From assembly GCA_963821375.1 (NCBI GenBank), contig CAWGDN010000007.1, forward strand, positions 47,306-111,305: a stretch of 64,000 nt of DNA, given 5' to 3'. Positions 48,398 to 59,335 of this stretch are shown here, one piece after another (within the stretch, counting starts at the first letter, position 1; each line of letters starts with the position of its first letter). The notes under the pieces are model-generated. The model was not told the origin of the DNA. It saw only the letters and a list, made by a program, of their open reading frames with translations, and searched no databases. The stretch comes from Vicinamibacterales bacterium. Its GTDB lineage: Bacteria > Acidobacteriota > Vicinamibacteria > Vicinamibacterales > JAMQPK01. Made by a program: the position numbers and the translations under genes.

Positions 48398-49870
48398 GTG
48401 CCCGCTGGGGTTCTCACTGTAGCGATCAACTTCGTCATCCTCACTGCGCTCCTGGCCAGTACCATGCTGTTGGCGTACCGCGGAGCAACTGCGAGGCCGC
48501 GTCTTTCGCGTCGCAGTGTGATCATCATCGGGACTGTGCTGTTTGTGGCGTTCGGTAGCGTCATGCATCAAGCCCGAGTCATCTGGGATGGCGAAGGCTA
48601 CTACGCTCAGGCACGTAGTCTGGCGATTGATGGTGATCTCGACTACCAGAACGAGCTGCGCTACTGGCCCAAACTCTGGGTCGAGAAAACTGCCAATGGA
48701 CTAGCCACCCCGTTCTCGTTCGGCCCAGCACTCTTCTGGATACCAATGTTCCCTGTAGCCGGGTTGGTGGCTCGCCTCAGCGGCGCCCCACCCGATGGGT
48801 TCTCCTGGCCGTACCTGTGGATGGTGAGCCTCATGTCGATTGCGGTGACGGCCGCAGGGATAGTGATGACATGGCGAGCGAGCGCCATCGAATCGACGTC
48901 CGAACAGGATAGCGATGCCCGGCTGTGCGCAGCCACTCTCTTCGTACTGGCCACAGGCGTGCCGATCTATGCCTGGGCCACGCCTTCGTACTCGCATGCG
49001 TATCAGTTTTTTGCGTCAGCACTGGCGTGTTGGTGGAGCTGGAGGCTGTGGTGGCTGGTTCGTCAGCCGGCAGGACGCGAACCGCCGGCTGCATCCTGGA
49101 TGTATCAGCCCCTTGGGGCCTTTCTGAGCGGGGCGATTCTCGGCTTGTGCTTCATCGTGCGTTGGCAAGCGCTCTTCATGGGCTTGGTGTTTCTGGGTCC
49201 GGTCTGGGAGCTCATTCGACGACGAGCGCTCAGCTGGGCGGCTTGGGCGAAGGTTAGTATCGCAGCGGCGGCCGGCTTTCTGATGGTGGCGAGTATCCAG
49301 ATTGCTGTCCTCCGGGCAACTTGGGGTCCACGGTGGACGAATCCGGCTCCGTTGCTGGCTCCCGCAACGACGGAGTATTCCGGAATTCTGTTTTCCACCT
49401 ATAACAGCCTGTTCGCGTACCACCCCGTGCTCTTCATTGGCATCGCCGCCATGGTTGCGCTCGCCCGGCGTCGCGACTACCGCGTGTTCGTCGCCGGTAT
49501 CGCTCTCTGGATGCTCACCGAGCTCAGGGCGTGTGCAAGCCTGCTTGACTGGTGGTCTCCTGAGGGGTTCGGCCACCGTCGGCTCTTGTCCTACGTCCCA
49601 TGGCTGGCCGCCCTCAGTGCCGTCTGGATCTTCGGCAGCGAGCGACGGTCCGGCCTTGTCGAGTCACGCCGAGTTTTCATGGGCGCTCTGGCCGTGTTCG
49701 TCGTCTGGAACTTTCTGTTTGCCGGGGCATGGTCAAATTATCGGATTCGACACAACATGCCATTTCCCTACGGCATGTACGACTATCTCTCGTTTGCGCA
49801 GACCGCCCTCAGCGAGGCCTACAACTTTGTGTATACCTTGCTGAAGGAGCCGCTCGTGGAGGGGACGTAG
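48398..49870 (+). CDS. Polytopic GT-C-like membrane protein (lower GC than the flanks)
   Basis: GTG 48398 lies 7 nt after GAGGAGG. Has at least 10 TM helices and a GEGYYAQARSLAIDGDLDYQNE loop motif. The family call is by architecture only. Confidence 0.55.
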   Translation: MPAGVLTVAINFVILTALLASTMLLAYRGATARPRLSRRSVIIIGTVLFVAFGSVMHQARVIWDGEGYYAQARSLAIDGDLDYQNELRYWPKLWVEKTANGLATPFSFGPALFWIPMFPVAGLVARLSGAPPDGFSWPYLWMVSLMSIAVTAAGIVMTWRASAIESTSEQDSDARLCAATLFVLATGVPIYAWATPSYSHAYQFFASALACWWSWRLWWLVRQPAGREPPAASWMYQPLGAFLSGAILGLCFIVRWQALFMGLVFLGPVWELIRRRALSWAAWAKVSIAAAAGFLMVASIQIAVLRATWGPRWTNPAPLLAPATTEYSGILFSTYNSLFAYHPVLFIGIAAMVALARRRDYRVFVAGIALWMLTELRACASLLDWWSPEGFGHRRLLSYVPWLAALSAVWIFGSERRSGLVESRRVFMGALAVFVVWNFLFAGAWSNYRIRHNMPFPYGMYDYLSFAQTALSEAYNFVYTLLKEPLVEGT

Positions 49871-49898
49871 TCCTATGCGTCAACCGGCCGACGAAAAT

Positions 49899-49956
49899 TG
49901 GCAGGCGCCGTCCGGACTTGAACCGGTGGACCGGATTTCTCGATCCACTCAACGCC
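49899..49956 (-). other. 58-nt tRNA-like remnant (acceptor-like stem, one hairpin and a T-arm homologous to tRNA-Cys)
   Basis: The reverse complement is GGCGTTGAGTGGATCGAGAAATCCGGTCCACCGGTTCAAGTCCGGACGGCGCCTGCCA. It is too short to be a tRNA and lacks one arm. Confidence 0.4.
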
Positions 49957-49997
49957 ATCTTCACGCCGCACTCGAAACACTCTCGCACGGGACTTCC

Positions 49998-50752
49998 CTA
50001 TGACACGCGAAGCTCACTCTCGCTCGAGTTGGACGTCGAAACGCGTATCGCCGTCGACTATCACGTCTCTCTCGTAGCGCTTGTAGACGTTTTCCTTTCT
50101 CACGTCGATCAATTCGCTGCCATCAAACAGCCCAGCGATTCTGTAGAAACCTTTCTTATCAGTGGTGGTTGTCCGCCAGCCGCTTTGGACACCGCGGATA
50201 CACGGTCGCCCCTTCTACCGGTATTGGTCCCTTCCGCGTCATTTCAGTCACTATGCCAGACAGCGTCGGGGCTCCTGGTGGATAGACACTCGTCTGCGTC
50301 ACGACCAGTGCTCCACCTGCGACCTCGACGTCGACGAGAGTGCCGGGGTTATCGTGGCCATAGTCGACAGTCAGGTATGCCCTGCGCTCACCGTCCTTGG
50401 CCCCGAAGCGAACGACGAAGACACAACCTTCCGTGCATATTTTGCCCTCGATGTAGTACCCAAAATCGTGCTGCCAGACCCGGTATCCCGGAAGGCGGCT
50501 GCCGTCGGCGGTCCAGATGAGCTCGCCGATGGTGTTGAATTGCGAGTCTGCTCTTGGGCATCGTCACAGGTCAGACGTCGTGAACCCCGAAGCGTCCTCG
50601 ATGAATTCTGCCAGCTTGAACGCAGATGGCTGAGGAACGGTCGACGGCGCCTGCGGCGGCGGACTACAACTGGCCAGTCCTTGCGCGAGTAGTAGAAGAA
50701 CGATCCCTATCCGCATTCTGTTCGGCAAGACGCGTCGTGGTCTGACATGCAT
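49998..50752 (-). pseudogene. Lipoprotein gene with C-terminal carboxypeptidase-regulatory-like domain, disrupted by an in-frame TGA (50564-50566) and one frameshift (about 50190)
   Basis: ORF 50564-50752 gives a lipobox (LAQGLASC). My translation continues in the same frame after the TGA, then shifts frame to ...TTTDKKGFYRIAGLFDGSELIDVRKENVYKRYERDVIVDGDTRFDVQL. Confidence 0.5.
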
Positions 50753-50982
50753 ATGAGCGGCTCCCCAACAGGGGTGGACGAGTCCTCGTCAGTTGATGCG
50801 TCTCAAGTGACCGCATCACCCTGCAGACTGACTGACTGCACGCTATTGGTGCGCTCTTGATGAGAACTGTGACCTTGGACCGGATACTGTCCGGCAGAGA
50901 GGGCAGGACTCAAGAAGGATCTGAACCGTCACTATAACAGGCAACGGAGAGAGCCCAGAACTGGCGTCCTTGTCCCTTTGGG

Positions 50983-51215
50983 TCAGACCCACTGCATGCG
51001 TGTGTGAAAGCTGTTGGTTCGGCCATGGCTGTCAAAGCGGTCAAGATCAGTCACTCCATAGTCGAAACCGAACTTCCACCGGCGAGTTGCCCACCAGTTC
51101 AGGCCCAGCGTGCCCTTGGTCATCGTCCCGCCGTGAACGAAGACATCGTCCAGATCGACGTATGAATACCGCGCGACAAGTTCCCACGCGCCCCAGCGCC
51201 TGTGCGGAAGGATTC
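50983..51215 (-). pseudogene. C-terminal fragment of a phosphate-selective porin O/P-family gene
   Basis: WGAWELVARYSYVDLDD....GG....TLGLNWW......KFGFDY pattern. The N-terminal three quarters of such a porin are absent. Confidence 0.5.
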
Positions 51216-51262
51216 GCCTGGCATACCCACATTGGGCGAGTACGGCCGATGCTCGCCGGTGA

Positions 51263-51475
51263 GCACGTAACTCGCCGCCGCGCTCTGTCGCGATGAATCT
51301 GACAGGCCACAAGACCGAGTCCGTGTATCGTCGCTACGCGATTGCCGATGACCGGGATCTTCGGGTGGCTGTCGAGAGACTGGACGCGATGTCGGAGCTC
51401 GCTAACGGGCCGGAACCTTCGTACGTGAAGTGTAGGCGACTACCCCCGAGGAGTGAGGACAGGATCTGGTGGTAA
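51263..51475 (+). pseudogene. C-terminal fragment of a tyrosine recombinase (phage-type integrase)
   Basis: PRSVAMNLTGHKTESVYRRYAIADDRDL matches the integrase C-terminal box carrying the catalytic Tyr. An in-frame stop lies at 51260-51262 and there is no upstream catalytic domain. Confidence 0.6.
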
Positions 51476-51585
51476 CCTTCCGCTTTGGGCGCGGAACCGG
51501 CTCGGCGCATTCAACGTCCAAGAACCTGAACCCCGCAACGTCCCTGGTCTGCGACTGACGCGTTCTCCAAGAAAGAGCACGGAGC

Positions 51586-52944
51586 ATGGTGATGCGCAAA
51601 AGGGTCCTTGTCGGCTCGCTAATCGTCCTCACGGTCCTCGGAACATTGCTTGCTCGATCGCTCCAGAATCCCACGATTCGCACAGCGGATGCCGCGACTC
51701 TCCGTGAGTATGCGGGGGTCTATCAGTGGGGCCCGAATGCGTTTCTCTATCTCCAATTGTGGCCGGAGCTGACCGCGACCAATCAACTCATGGCGCTCGA
51801 CGAAACCGGCGAAGTGCGGGCTCTCTACCTCACGGAGCCAGACCGTTTCTTTGCAGGTCCCGGCGCGGCGGTCCCGAGTCCGGTCGAATCGCGAATTGAG
51901 TTCCAGCGGGATCCCACTGGCAGCATCACCTCGTTGACCTGGGCGCGTGACGGCGCGCCCACGCGGACGGCGCGACGGGTGAACATCGAACGGCGTGAAG
52001 ACGTGCGCTTCTCCAACGGAGACGTCCAGCTCGCTGGCACTCTAATTAGTCCCGTTGGACCGGGGCCACATCCTGCTGTGATTCTTGTACACGCGTCTGG
52101 CGCGGAAGATCGTCAGTACCTGCTGCCCTTCGCCCGTTTTCTCATCCGCCACGGCATTGCTGTTCTGGGTTACGACAAGCGGGGTGTGGGCACCTCGACG
52201 GGCGACTGGAACAAGGCGTCGTTCGACGATCTGGCAGGAGACGTCGTAGCTGCTTTCGAATACCTCAAGACTCGGGGCGATATTCAACGCGCGCAGATCG
52301 GTCTGTTGGGATGGAGCCAAGCCGGCTGGGTGATGCCCATTGCTGCCAGTCGTGCGAAAGACTTGGCATTTCTTATCAGCATCTCTGGCGCGGGCGTGTC
52401 TGCCGCTGAAACCACGATTGACCAAGCCCGAAATGAGATGGCCACCAACGGTATGCGCCCGCAGATGATTGATCAAATCGCTGAGCTAATGACCCTGCAA
52501 TATGAGTTTTTGCGCTCAGGACAGGGCTGGGACAAGTACGCGGCGGCACGTGAACGAATCGGGACACGCATGGGAGGAAGTCCACCTGACTCATTTCCCG
52601 CAACACAGGATCATCCCTACTTGCAACTAATTCGCCCCATGATCACCTACGACCCGGCACCCACCATCCGCAAGATTCAACTACCAGTGCTCGCGATTTT
52701 CGGCGAACTGGACAACAACATTATGCCCGAGAAAAACCGCGCGGCCTGGGAAGCAGCCCTTAGGGCCGGCGGCCATCGCGACTACAGATTGGAAATCTTG
52801 CCAAAGGCGAATCATCTGCTCCTCGAAGCTCGCGTGGGCAATAACGCGGAGATGAAAACGCTGCAGCGATTCGTCCCTGTCTACTTCGAGGTGGTTCGCG
52901 CTTGGCTGGGGCAACATATCAAGGGGTTTGCAGTCGCGCAGTAG
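51586..52944 (+). CDS. Alpha/beta hydrolase (S9/dienelactone-hydrolase-like) with N-terminal signal anchor
   Basis: 452-aa intact ORF with VILVHASG, the nucleophile elbow GWSQAG and C-terminal ...ANHLL. GC is lower than the window average. Confidence 0.7.
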   Translation: MVMRKRVLVGSLIVLTVLGTLLARSLQNPTIRTADAATLREYAGVYQWGPNAFLYLQLWPELTATNQLMALDETGEVRALYLTEPDRFFAGPGAAVPSPVESRIEFQRDPTGSITSLTWARDGAPTRTARRVNIERREDVRFSNGDVQLAGTLISPVGPGPHPAVILVHASGAEDRQYLLPFARFLIRHGIAVLGYDKRGVGTSTGDWNKASFDDLAGDVVAAFEYLKTRGDIQRAQIGLLGWSQAGWVMPIAASRAKDLAFLISISGAGVSAAETTIDQARNEMATNGMRPQMIDQIAELMTLQYEFLRSGQGWDKYAAARERIGTRMGGSPPDSFPATQDHPYLQLIRPMITYDPAPTIRKIQLPVLAIFGELDNNIMPEKNRAAWEAALRAGGHRDYRLEILPKANHLLLEARVGNNAEMKTLQRFVPVYFEVVRAWLGQHIKGFAVAQ

Positions 52945-53028
52945 CCATGCGCCACGCGCGCTTGCGGCGCGTTCAGGCAGGTGTTCACATTCGTGTTCAC
53001 CTCGCGCTTACGACCTTGTGTAAGTTTT

Positions 53029-53102
<74 letters not shown>

Positions 53103-53274
53103 CTGAATTGTGCGGAGAATACCGCTATCGGCCCGGGCGGGCTAGCGGACAACAGCGCTCGACGAGGCGAAGGAACGAAGCAGCTGACATAGTCGACACT
53201 ATCCAACGTGCGTCCGCAGCGGAGTGAGGCGAGGGCAACCAATGCCGAGCCGCCGGAGTGCGGCGACGGCACAG

Positions 53275-53290
53275 GTGCGCGACAGCGCAC
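53275..53290 (-). terminator. Short hairpin GTGCGC-gaca-GCGCAC 13 nt downstream of tRNA-Gly
   Basis: Read directly. There is no U-tract, so its function is uncertain. Confidence 0.3.
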
Positions 53291-53302
53291 GTTACTGAAT
53301 AT

Positions 53303-53377
53303 TGGAGCGGGAAACGGGATTCGAACCCGCGACTTCGACCTTGGCAAGGTCGCACTCTACCACTGAGTTATTCCCGC
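53303..53377 (-). tRNA. tRNA-Gly (GCC), CCA encoded
   Basis: GCGGGAATAACTCAGTGGTAGAGTGCGACCTTGCCAAGGTCGAAGTCGCGGGTTCGAATCCCGTTTCCCGCTCCA, with anticodon loop TTGCCAA. Confidence 0.95.
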
Positions 53378-53437
53378 TCTGCAGCCAGTAAACGTACCAC
53401 ACGCGCAACCGCACCGGGCAAGTTGTCAGGCGCTTCA

Positions 53438-54435
53438 TCACCTTCGTCTTCCGCAGCACGTCGGCCGCTTCCTCCGGCCCGGTCGGGTTGATGTAGAACC
53501 CGGTGCCCCACTCGAACCCGGCCACGCGCGTGAGCTTCGGCATCACCTCGACGTGCCAGTGATAGTACGGCCCAGCGTCGTCCTGCAGCGGCGCGCTGTG
53601 GACGATCAGATTGTACGGCGGCGACTTGAGCGTCGCGTTCATGCGCCGCAGCGTGTCCTTCAGCATCCGCGCCAGGCTCGCGAACTCCCCCGGCGTCGCC
53701 TCTTCGAACCGCGAGCGATGGCGCTTGGGCAGCAGCCACGTCTCGAACGGAAACCGCGGCGCGTACGGCGCGAGCGCCACGAAGTCGGCCGACTCGGAAA
53801 TCACCCGCGCGCCGTCCTTGCAGCTCCTGCCGGATGACGTCGCAGAACACGCAGCGCTCTTTCTGCTGAAGTGGCGCTTGGCGCCCTCCAGCTCTTCGGT
53901 CATCTCGCGCGGCACGATCGGCAGCGCAATGAGCTGCGAGTGCGCGTGCTCGAGCGACGCGCCGGCCGCCGCGCCGTGATTCTTGAAGATGACGATGTAG
54001 CGGAGGCGGATGTCGCGCTTGAGATCGAGCACGCGTTCGCGCCACGCCCAGAACACCTTCTCGATCGCCTGCTCGCTCATCGTCGCCAGCGTCTCGCGTG
54101 GTTCGGCGTCTCGATGATCACCTCGTGCGCGCCGATGCCGTTCATCCGATCGAACAGCCCCTCGCCCTCGCGATCGAGCGTGCCCTCGACGCGCAGCGCG
54201 GGAAACTTGTTCGGCACGACGCGCACGTCCCAGCCCGCGCGTGTTGCCGGGCGGTGCCGTTGCGATACGCCAGGATCTCCGGCGGCGTCTGGTCTTCGTG
54301 CCCCTCGCAGAACGGGCACAGCCCGTCGGGCTGCACGATCACGGTCTCGACGTGAAAATCGCTCGGACGCTTCTGGCGCTCGGTCGAGATGATGACCCAG
54401 CGCCCGGTGACGGGATCTTTTCGGAGATCAGCCAT
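53438..54435 (-). CDS. galT: Galactose-1-phosphate uridylyltransferase (HIT superfamily; needs at least 3 frame changes; 3' end uncertain)
   Basis: [16 protein letters not shown] and CPFCEGHE are in ORF 54142-54483. VVPNKFPAL is in 54077-54319. [19 protein letters not shown] (HxHxQ) is in 53292-54080. That last frame has no stop before it runs through tRNA-Gly. Confidence 0.75.
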
Positions 54436-54460
54436 AGGAGGCAGGGTTAGGGGCAGAGGA

Positions 54461-54837
54461 TCAAGCGTTGGAATCAAACGCACTCTTCATCAATTCTACC
54501 GTGACAGCGCGCCCTGGCTCCTCGATCGACGGACACCACGTCGAACCGGCACGCCGTCGCCGGCCAGCTCGCTTCGACGAACAAGTAGGCTTCGGCCATC
54601 GCGCAGAGACGCCGCCGTTTCTGCCACGTGATCGACTCGAACGGCGATGCCGAAATCTGCAACCCGAGCGCGCCCGCACCTCGACGAACACCGAGCACCG
54701 CCGTCGTCGCGCGCGACGATGTCGAGCTCGCCGCAGCGCGTGCGAAACCGCCGGTCGAGAATGTCGTAGCCGCGCCGCTTCAGCTCCTCGCACGCGAGAT
54801 CTTCGCCGCGCTTGCCCAACGCTTGCCGCGGATCCAT
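54461..54837 (-). CDS. yraN: YraN-family endonuclease (UPF0102; needs about 2 frame changes)
   Basis: [39 protein letters not shown] is in ORF 54496-54936. [10 protein letters not shown] and the remainder are in other frames. Confidence 0.6.
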
Positions 54838-54943
54838 GGACCCCGCCAGAGCAAGCGGTCTGCCAGAAGTTCGTACGGGTTCGTAAAGTTCGTGAGTTCG
54901 GGTGCCACTGCGTTTCCTATCACCCAATCTCCGCATTCCTGCG

Positions 54944-54966
54944 CCCCTGACCCTAGCCCTCAGCCC
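54944..54966 (-). other. G-quadruplex-type motif on the minus (sense) strand: GGGCTGAGGGCTAGGGTCAGGGG
   Basis: Read directly, in the cysS-yraN intergenic region about 20 nt after the cysS stop. Confidence 0.6.
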
Positions 54967-54986
54967 TTGCCGCTACTCCCGAGTCC

Positions 54987-56401
<1,415 letters not shown>

Positions 56402-57343
56402 CTACAGAGCCCATCCGATCGAACAGATCCGCGCCTGCGCGCGATCGGCCGCGATCTGCGCCTTCAGCGCATCGACGCCCTCGAACTGCTTCTCGTCGCG
56501 CAGCCGCTGCACAAATCCGATCCGGATGCGCGTGCCGTAGAGATCCTTGTCGAAATCGATCACGTGCGTCTCGATGACGAGACTCTCCGCGTTCTCGAAC
56601 GTCGGCCGCAGCGCCGATGTTCGTGATCGACGGATAGGCCACGCCTTCCACGACGCGTCGTCGTCGCGTAGACGCCGCGCGGCGGCACGAGCTCGTTCTC
56701 CGTGCAGAGGTTCGCGGTGGGAAAGCCCAGCCCACGGCCCCGCTGCTGCCCCTTCACCACGGTGCCGTCGATCTCGTAGTAGTGCCCGAGCAGCGCGCCG
56801 GCCTCGTCGACGCCGCCCTTCGGTGACCAGCCGGCGAATGCGCGTGCTGCTGACGACGAACTCCTTGTAGCGCACGGGATCGATCTTCTCGGCGCGAAAG
56901 CCGTAGCGCGCGCCCAGGGTGCGCAGCATCGAAAACGTGCCCTGGCGGTCGTGGCCGAACAGGAAGTTCGCGCCCACCCAGACCTCGGCGACGTGCAGCC
57001 ATTCCACGAGCACGGTGCGGACGAACGTTTCCGGATCCCACGCGCCAGCTCCGGCGTGAACCGCACGATCGCCACGCCGTGCATGCCCGCGCGCGCCAGG
57101 CGTCGAGCTTCTGCTGGCTCGGTCATCAGCAGCGGCGGCGCCTTGTCGGGCCGGACGATCTTCGAGGGATGCGGATCGAACGTCATCGCCAGCGCGGTCG
57201 TGCCGCGCTCCTCGGCAGCGCGCCGCACGCGCTCGACGATCTTCAGATGGCCGCGGTGCATCCCGTCGAAGTTGCCCAGGGCCAGCACCGGCTGATGCCA
57301 GCGCGGCGGGCTGCGGATCGTCCGGATAGTGAATAACCTGCAT
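56402..57343 (-). CDS. ribF: Bifunctional riboflavin kinase / FMN adenylyltransferase (needs at least 4 frame changes)
   Basis: [19 protein letters not shown] and [27 protein letters not shown] are in the frame of ORF 56560-57762. [17 protein letters not shown] and the C-terminal [13 protein letters not shown]...FVQRLR are in ORF 56402-57343. Confidence 0.85.
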   Translation of the reverse strand: MQVIHYPDDPQPAALASAGAGPGQLRRDAPRPSEDRRARAARCRGARHDRAGDDVRSASLEDRPARQGAAAADDRASRSSTPGARGHARRGDRAVHAGAGAWDPETFVRTVLVEWLHVAEVWVGANFLFGHDRQGTFSMLRTLGARYGFRAEKIDPVRYKEFVVSSTRIRRLVTEGRRRRGRRAARALLRDRRHRGEGAAAGPWAGLSHREPLHGERARAAARRLRDDDASWKAWPIRRSRTSALRPTFENAESLVIETHVIDFDKDLYGTRIRIGFVQRLRDEKQFEGVDALKAQIAADRAQARICSIGWAL

Positions 57344-58135
57344 CTACGAGGAGATCTCGAACGCGAGGCCATCATATGCCAACTCCACGCCGGCCGGCAG
57401 CCGCGCGCAGGTCGCCGCGTGCGGCAGATCGTGGCACATGTGCGTGAAGTAGGCGCGCTCCGGGCGCGAGCCGCTGCACGACCTCGAGCGCCTGCTCGAC
57501 CGACAGATGCGTCGGGTGCGGCCGCTCGCGCAGCGCGTCGAGAATCAGCGTCCGCACCCCTGCCAGCAGCGGCCACGACTGCGTCGGGGATCGCGCTGCA
57601 ATCGGTGAGGTAGGCGAACGAGCCGACGCGGTAGCCGAAGATCTGCCGCGAGCCATGCATCAGCGGCACCGGCACGATCGTGACCGATCCGACGCAGAAC
57701 TCCCCGGCGATGCGCGCGAGCACGACCTTCGGAATGCCTCCACCCGCCGTGCGTGTCGGCATCGAAGATGTACGAGTAGATGCGCCGCAGGTCGTCGCAG
57801 CGTGCGCTCGTCGCCGTAGCAGGGGATCGTCGCCTTCTGCAGCACGTTGAATCGGCGGACGTCGTCGAGGCCCATCACGTGATCGGCGTGGCTGTGCGTG
57901 TAGAGGATCGCGTCGACGCGCCTCACGTTGTGGGCCAGCGCCTGCGCGCGCAGGTCGGGCGTCGTGTCGACCAGCACCGCATGACCGCCCGGCATCGCGG
58001 ATGCAGAATCGAGGCGCGCGACCGGCGATCGCGCGGGTCGGTCGACGTGCAGGTGGCGCACTCGCAGCCGATCATCGGCACGCCGTGCGACGTGCCCGAT
58101 CCCAGCACGAGCACGCTGGCGGCACCGGCGCTCAA
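57344..58135 (-). CDS. MBL-fold metallo-hydrolase (PhnP/GPP-like; needs at least 4 frame changes)
   Basis: [22 protein letters not shown] and [16 protein letters not shown] (HxHxDH) are scattered over three frames. TAGATG junction with ribF. The TTG start is tentative. Confidence 0.6.
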
Positions 58136-58412
58136 GGCGTGATGATTCTCTTCTGCTCGCCTTGCGCCTCGACGAACCGCAGGCGGAGTTCGTAGAGGAT
58201 CGGTCTCGAGCAGTTGCCGCTCTTCGGCCGTGAGGTTGCCGCGGGTCTTCTCTTCGAGCAGCGCGAGGATGTCGATCATCTGTCCGGCCGCCACCAGATC
58301 GACGTCGGCCGGGCTCGCTCGCGCCCGGCTCGAGCCGATCGCCGAAGTGCACGGCGGCCGTCGCCGCCAGCGACAGGACGAACGACGCGAAGTTGATGTT
58401 CGGATCGGGCAT
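58132..58412 (-). CDS. DUF1844-like small protein (frameshifted)
   Basis: [25 protein letters not shown]-terminus (ORF 57660-58412), then [28 protein letters not shown] in another frame. This is weak family recognition. Confidence 0.45.
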
Positions 58413-58460
58413 GAAAGTCGAATGTTACCATGTGCCCACGAAGCCGACGAAAGGTGAGGA

Positions 58461-59300
58461 ATGCCTGACGCCGGCGCACAGTTCGACAAGCTCGTCGCGG
58501 TCATGCGCACGCTGCGATCGCCGGACGGCTGTCCGTGGGATCGCGAGCAGACGCTCGAGTCGCTGACGCCGTTCGTGCTCGAAGAGGCGCACGAGGTGGT
58601 CGACGCGATCGAGCGCGGCGACATGCGACGCTCTCGGGAAGAGATCGGCGATCACATCTTCGAAGGCGTCTTCCTCGCGCAGGTCGCGGCCGAGGCCGGG
58701 ACTGTTCACGGTCGACGACTCGCTCCGCCACGTCGTCGAGAAGCTGGTCCGGCGGCATCCGCACGTGTTCCAGGAGGACGGCCGCGTGCACGACGCCGCG
58801 TCGAAGGAGCGCGCGCCGTCGGCCGAGGCGGCGCTCGCAGCGGTGGAACTCGCTGAAGGCGCAGGAGCGCGGCGACTCGGGCGAGCCGCACACGACGCTC
58901 GGCAGCGTGCCCAAGGGCCTGCCGTCGCTGCTGCGCGCCTACAAGATCGGCAAGCGCGTCGCCGGCGTCGGCTTCGACTGGGACAACACCACCGACGTGA
59001 TCGCGAAGATCGAAGAGGAAGTGGCCGAGCTGCAGAGACGCGCTGCCGAGCGATCGCGGACGCGGCGAGCCGCGCCGAGGAAGAGATGGGCGATCTGCTT
59101 TTCGCCATCGCCAACCTCTCGCGCAAGCTCGGCATCGAACCCGAAGCCGCGCTCCGAAAGGCCAACGACAAGTTCACACGCAGGTTCGACAGGTCGAGGC
59201 GAATCTGAAGCAGCGCGGGCCGTCACCTCGAAGACGCCACGCTCGACGAGATGGAAGCGGAGTGGCAGAGGGTGAAGCTAGGGGCGAGGGGCGAGGGTAA
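58461..59300 (+). CDS. mazG: Nucleoside triphosphate pyrophosphohydrolase MazG (needs at least 4 frame changes; 3' end approximate)
   Basis: [16 protein letters not shown]...LEEAHEV..AI is in ORF 58461-58856. [25 protein letters not shown] and [22 protein letters not shown] are in other frames. Confidence 0.8.
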
Positions 59301-59317
59301 GGGGCAAGGGGCGAGGG
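59281..59317 (+). repeat. G-tract array GGGGCGA GGGGCGA GGGTAA GGGGCAA GGGGCGA GGG (six G3-4 tracts, 3-nt loops)
   Basis: Read directly, at or next to the convergent 3' ends of mazG and comEC. Confidence 0.85.
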
Positions 59318-59335
59318 TCAGCGCGCCTGCGGTTC

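Noticed and set aside
49899-49956. A third functional tRNA gene
   Set aside because: Only 58 nt can be folded (acceptor-like stem, one hairpin and a T-arm with a mismatch). One arm is missing and an extra G precedes the CCA. It is better explained as an att-site remnant.
49600-50520. 306-aa plus-strand ORF spanning the end of the membrane-protein gene and the island edge
   Set aside because: It has no recognisable motifs and crosses the tRNA-like remnant. The minus strand of the same DNA encodes a lipoprotein with a CarboxypepD_reg-like domain, although that gene is broken.
50564-50566. In-frame TGA inside the lipoprotein gene as a possible selenocysteine codon
   Set aside because: The context (...TTSDL-TGA-RCPRADS...) does not resemble a redox motif, and I see no obvious SECIS-like hairpin immediately downstream. 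The gene also carries a frameshift and lies in a decaying island. A nonsense mutation or a base error is more likely.
59223-59330. Gly/Ala/Arg-rich peptide tails ([12 protein letters not shown] on the plus strand, [13 protein letters not shown] on the minus strand) as real C-terminal extensions of MazG or ComEC
   Set aside because: They are translations of the G-tract array. Both genes have already reached the end of their conserved domains. The lack of stops is most simply due to nearby indels.
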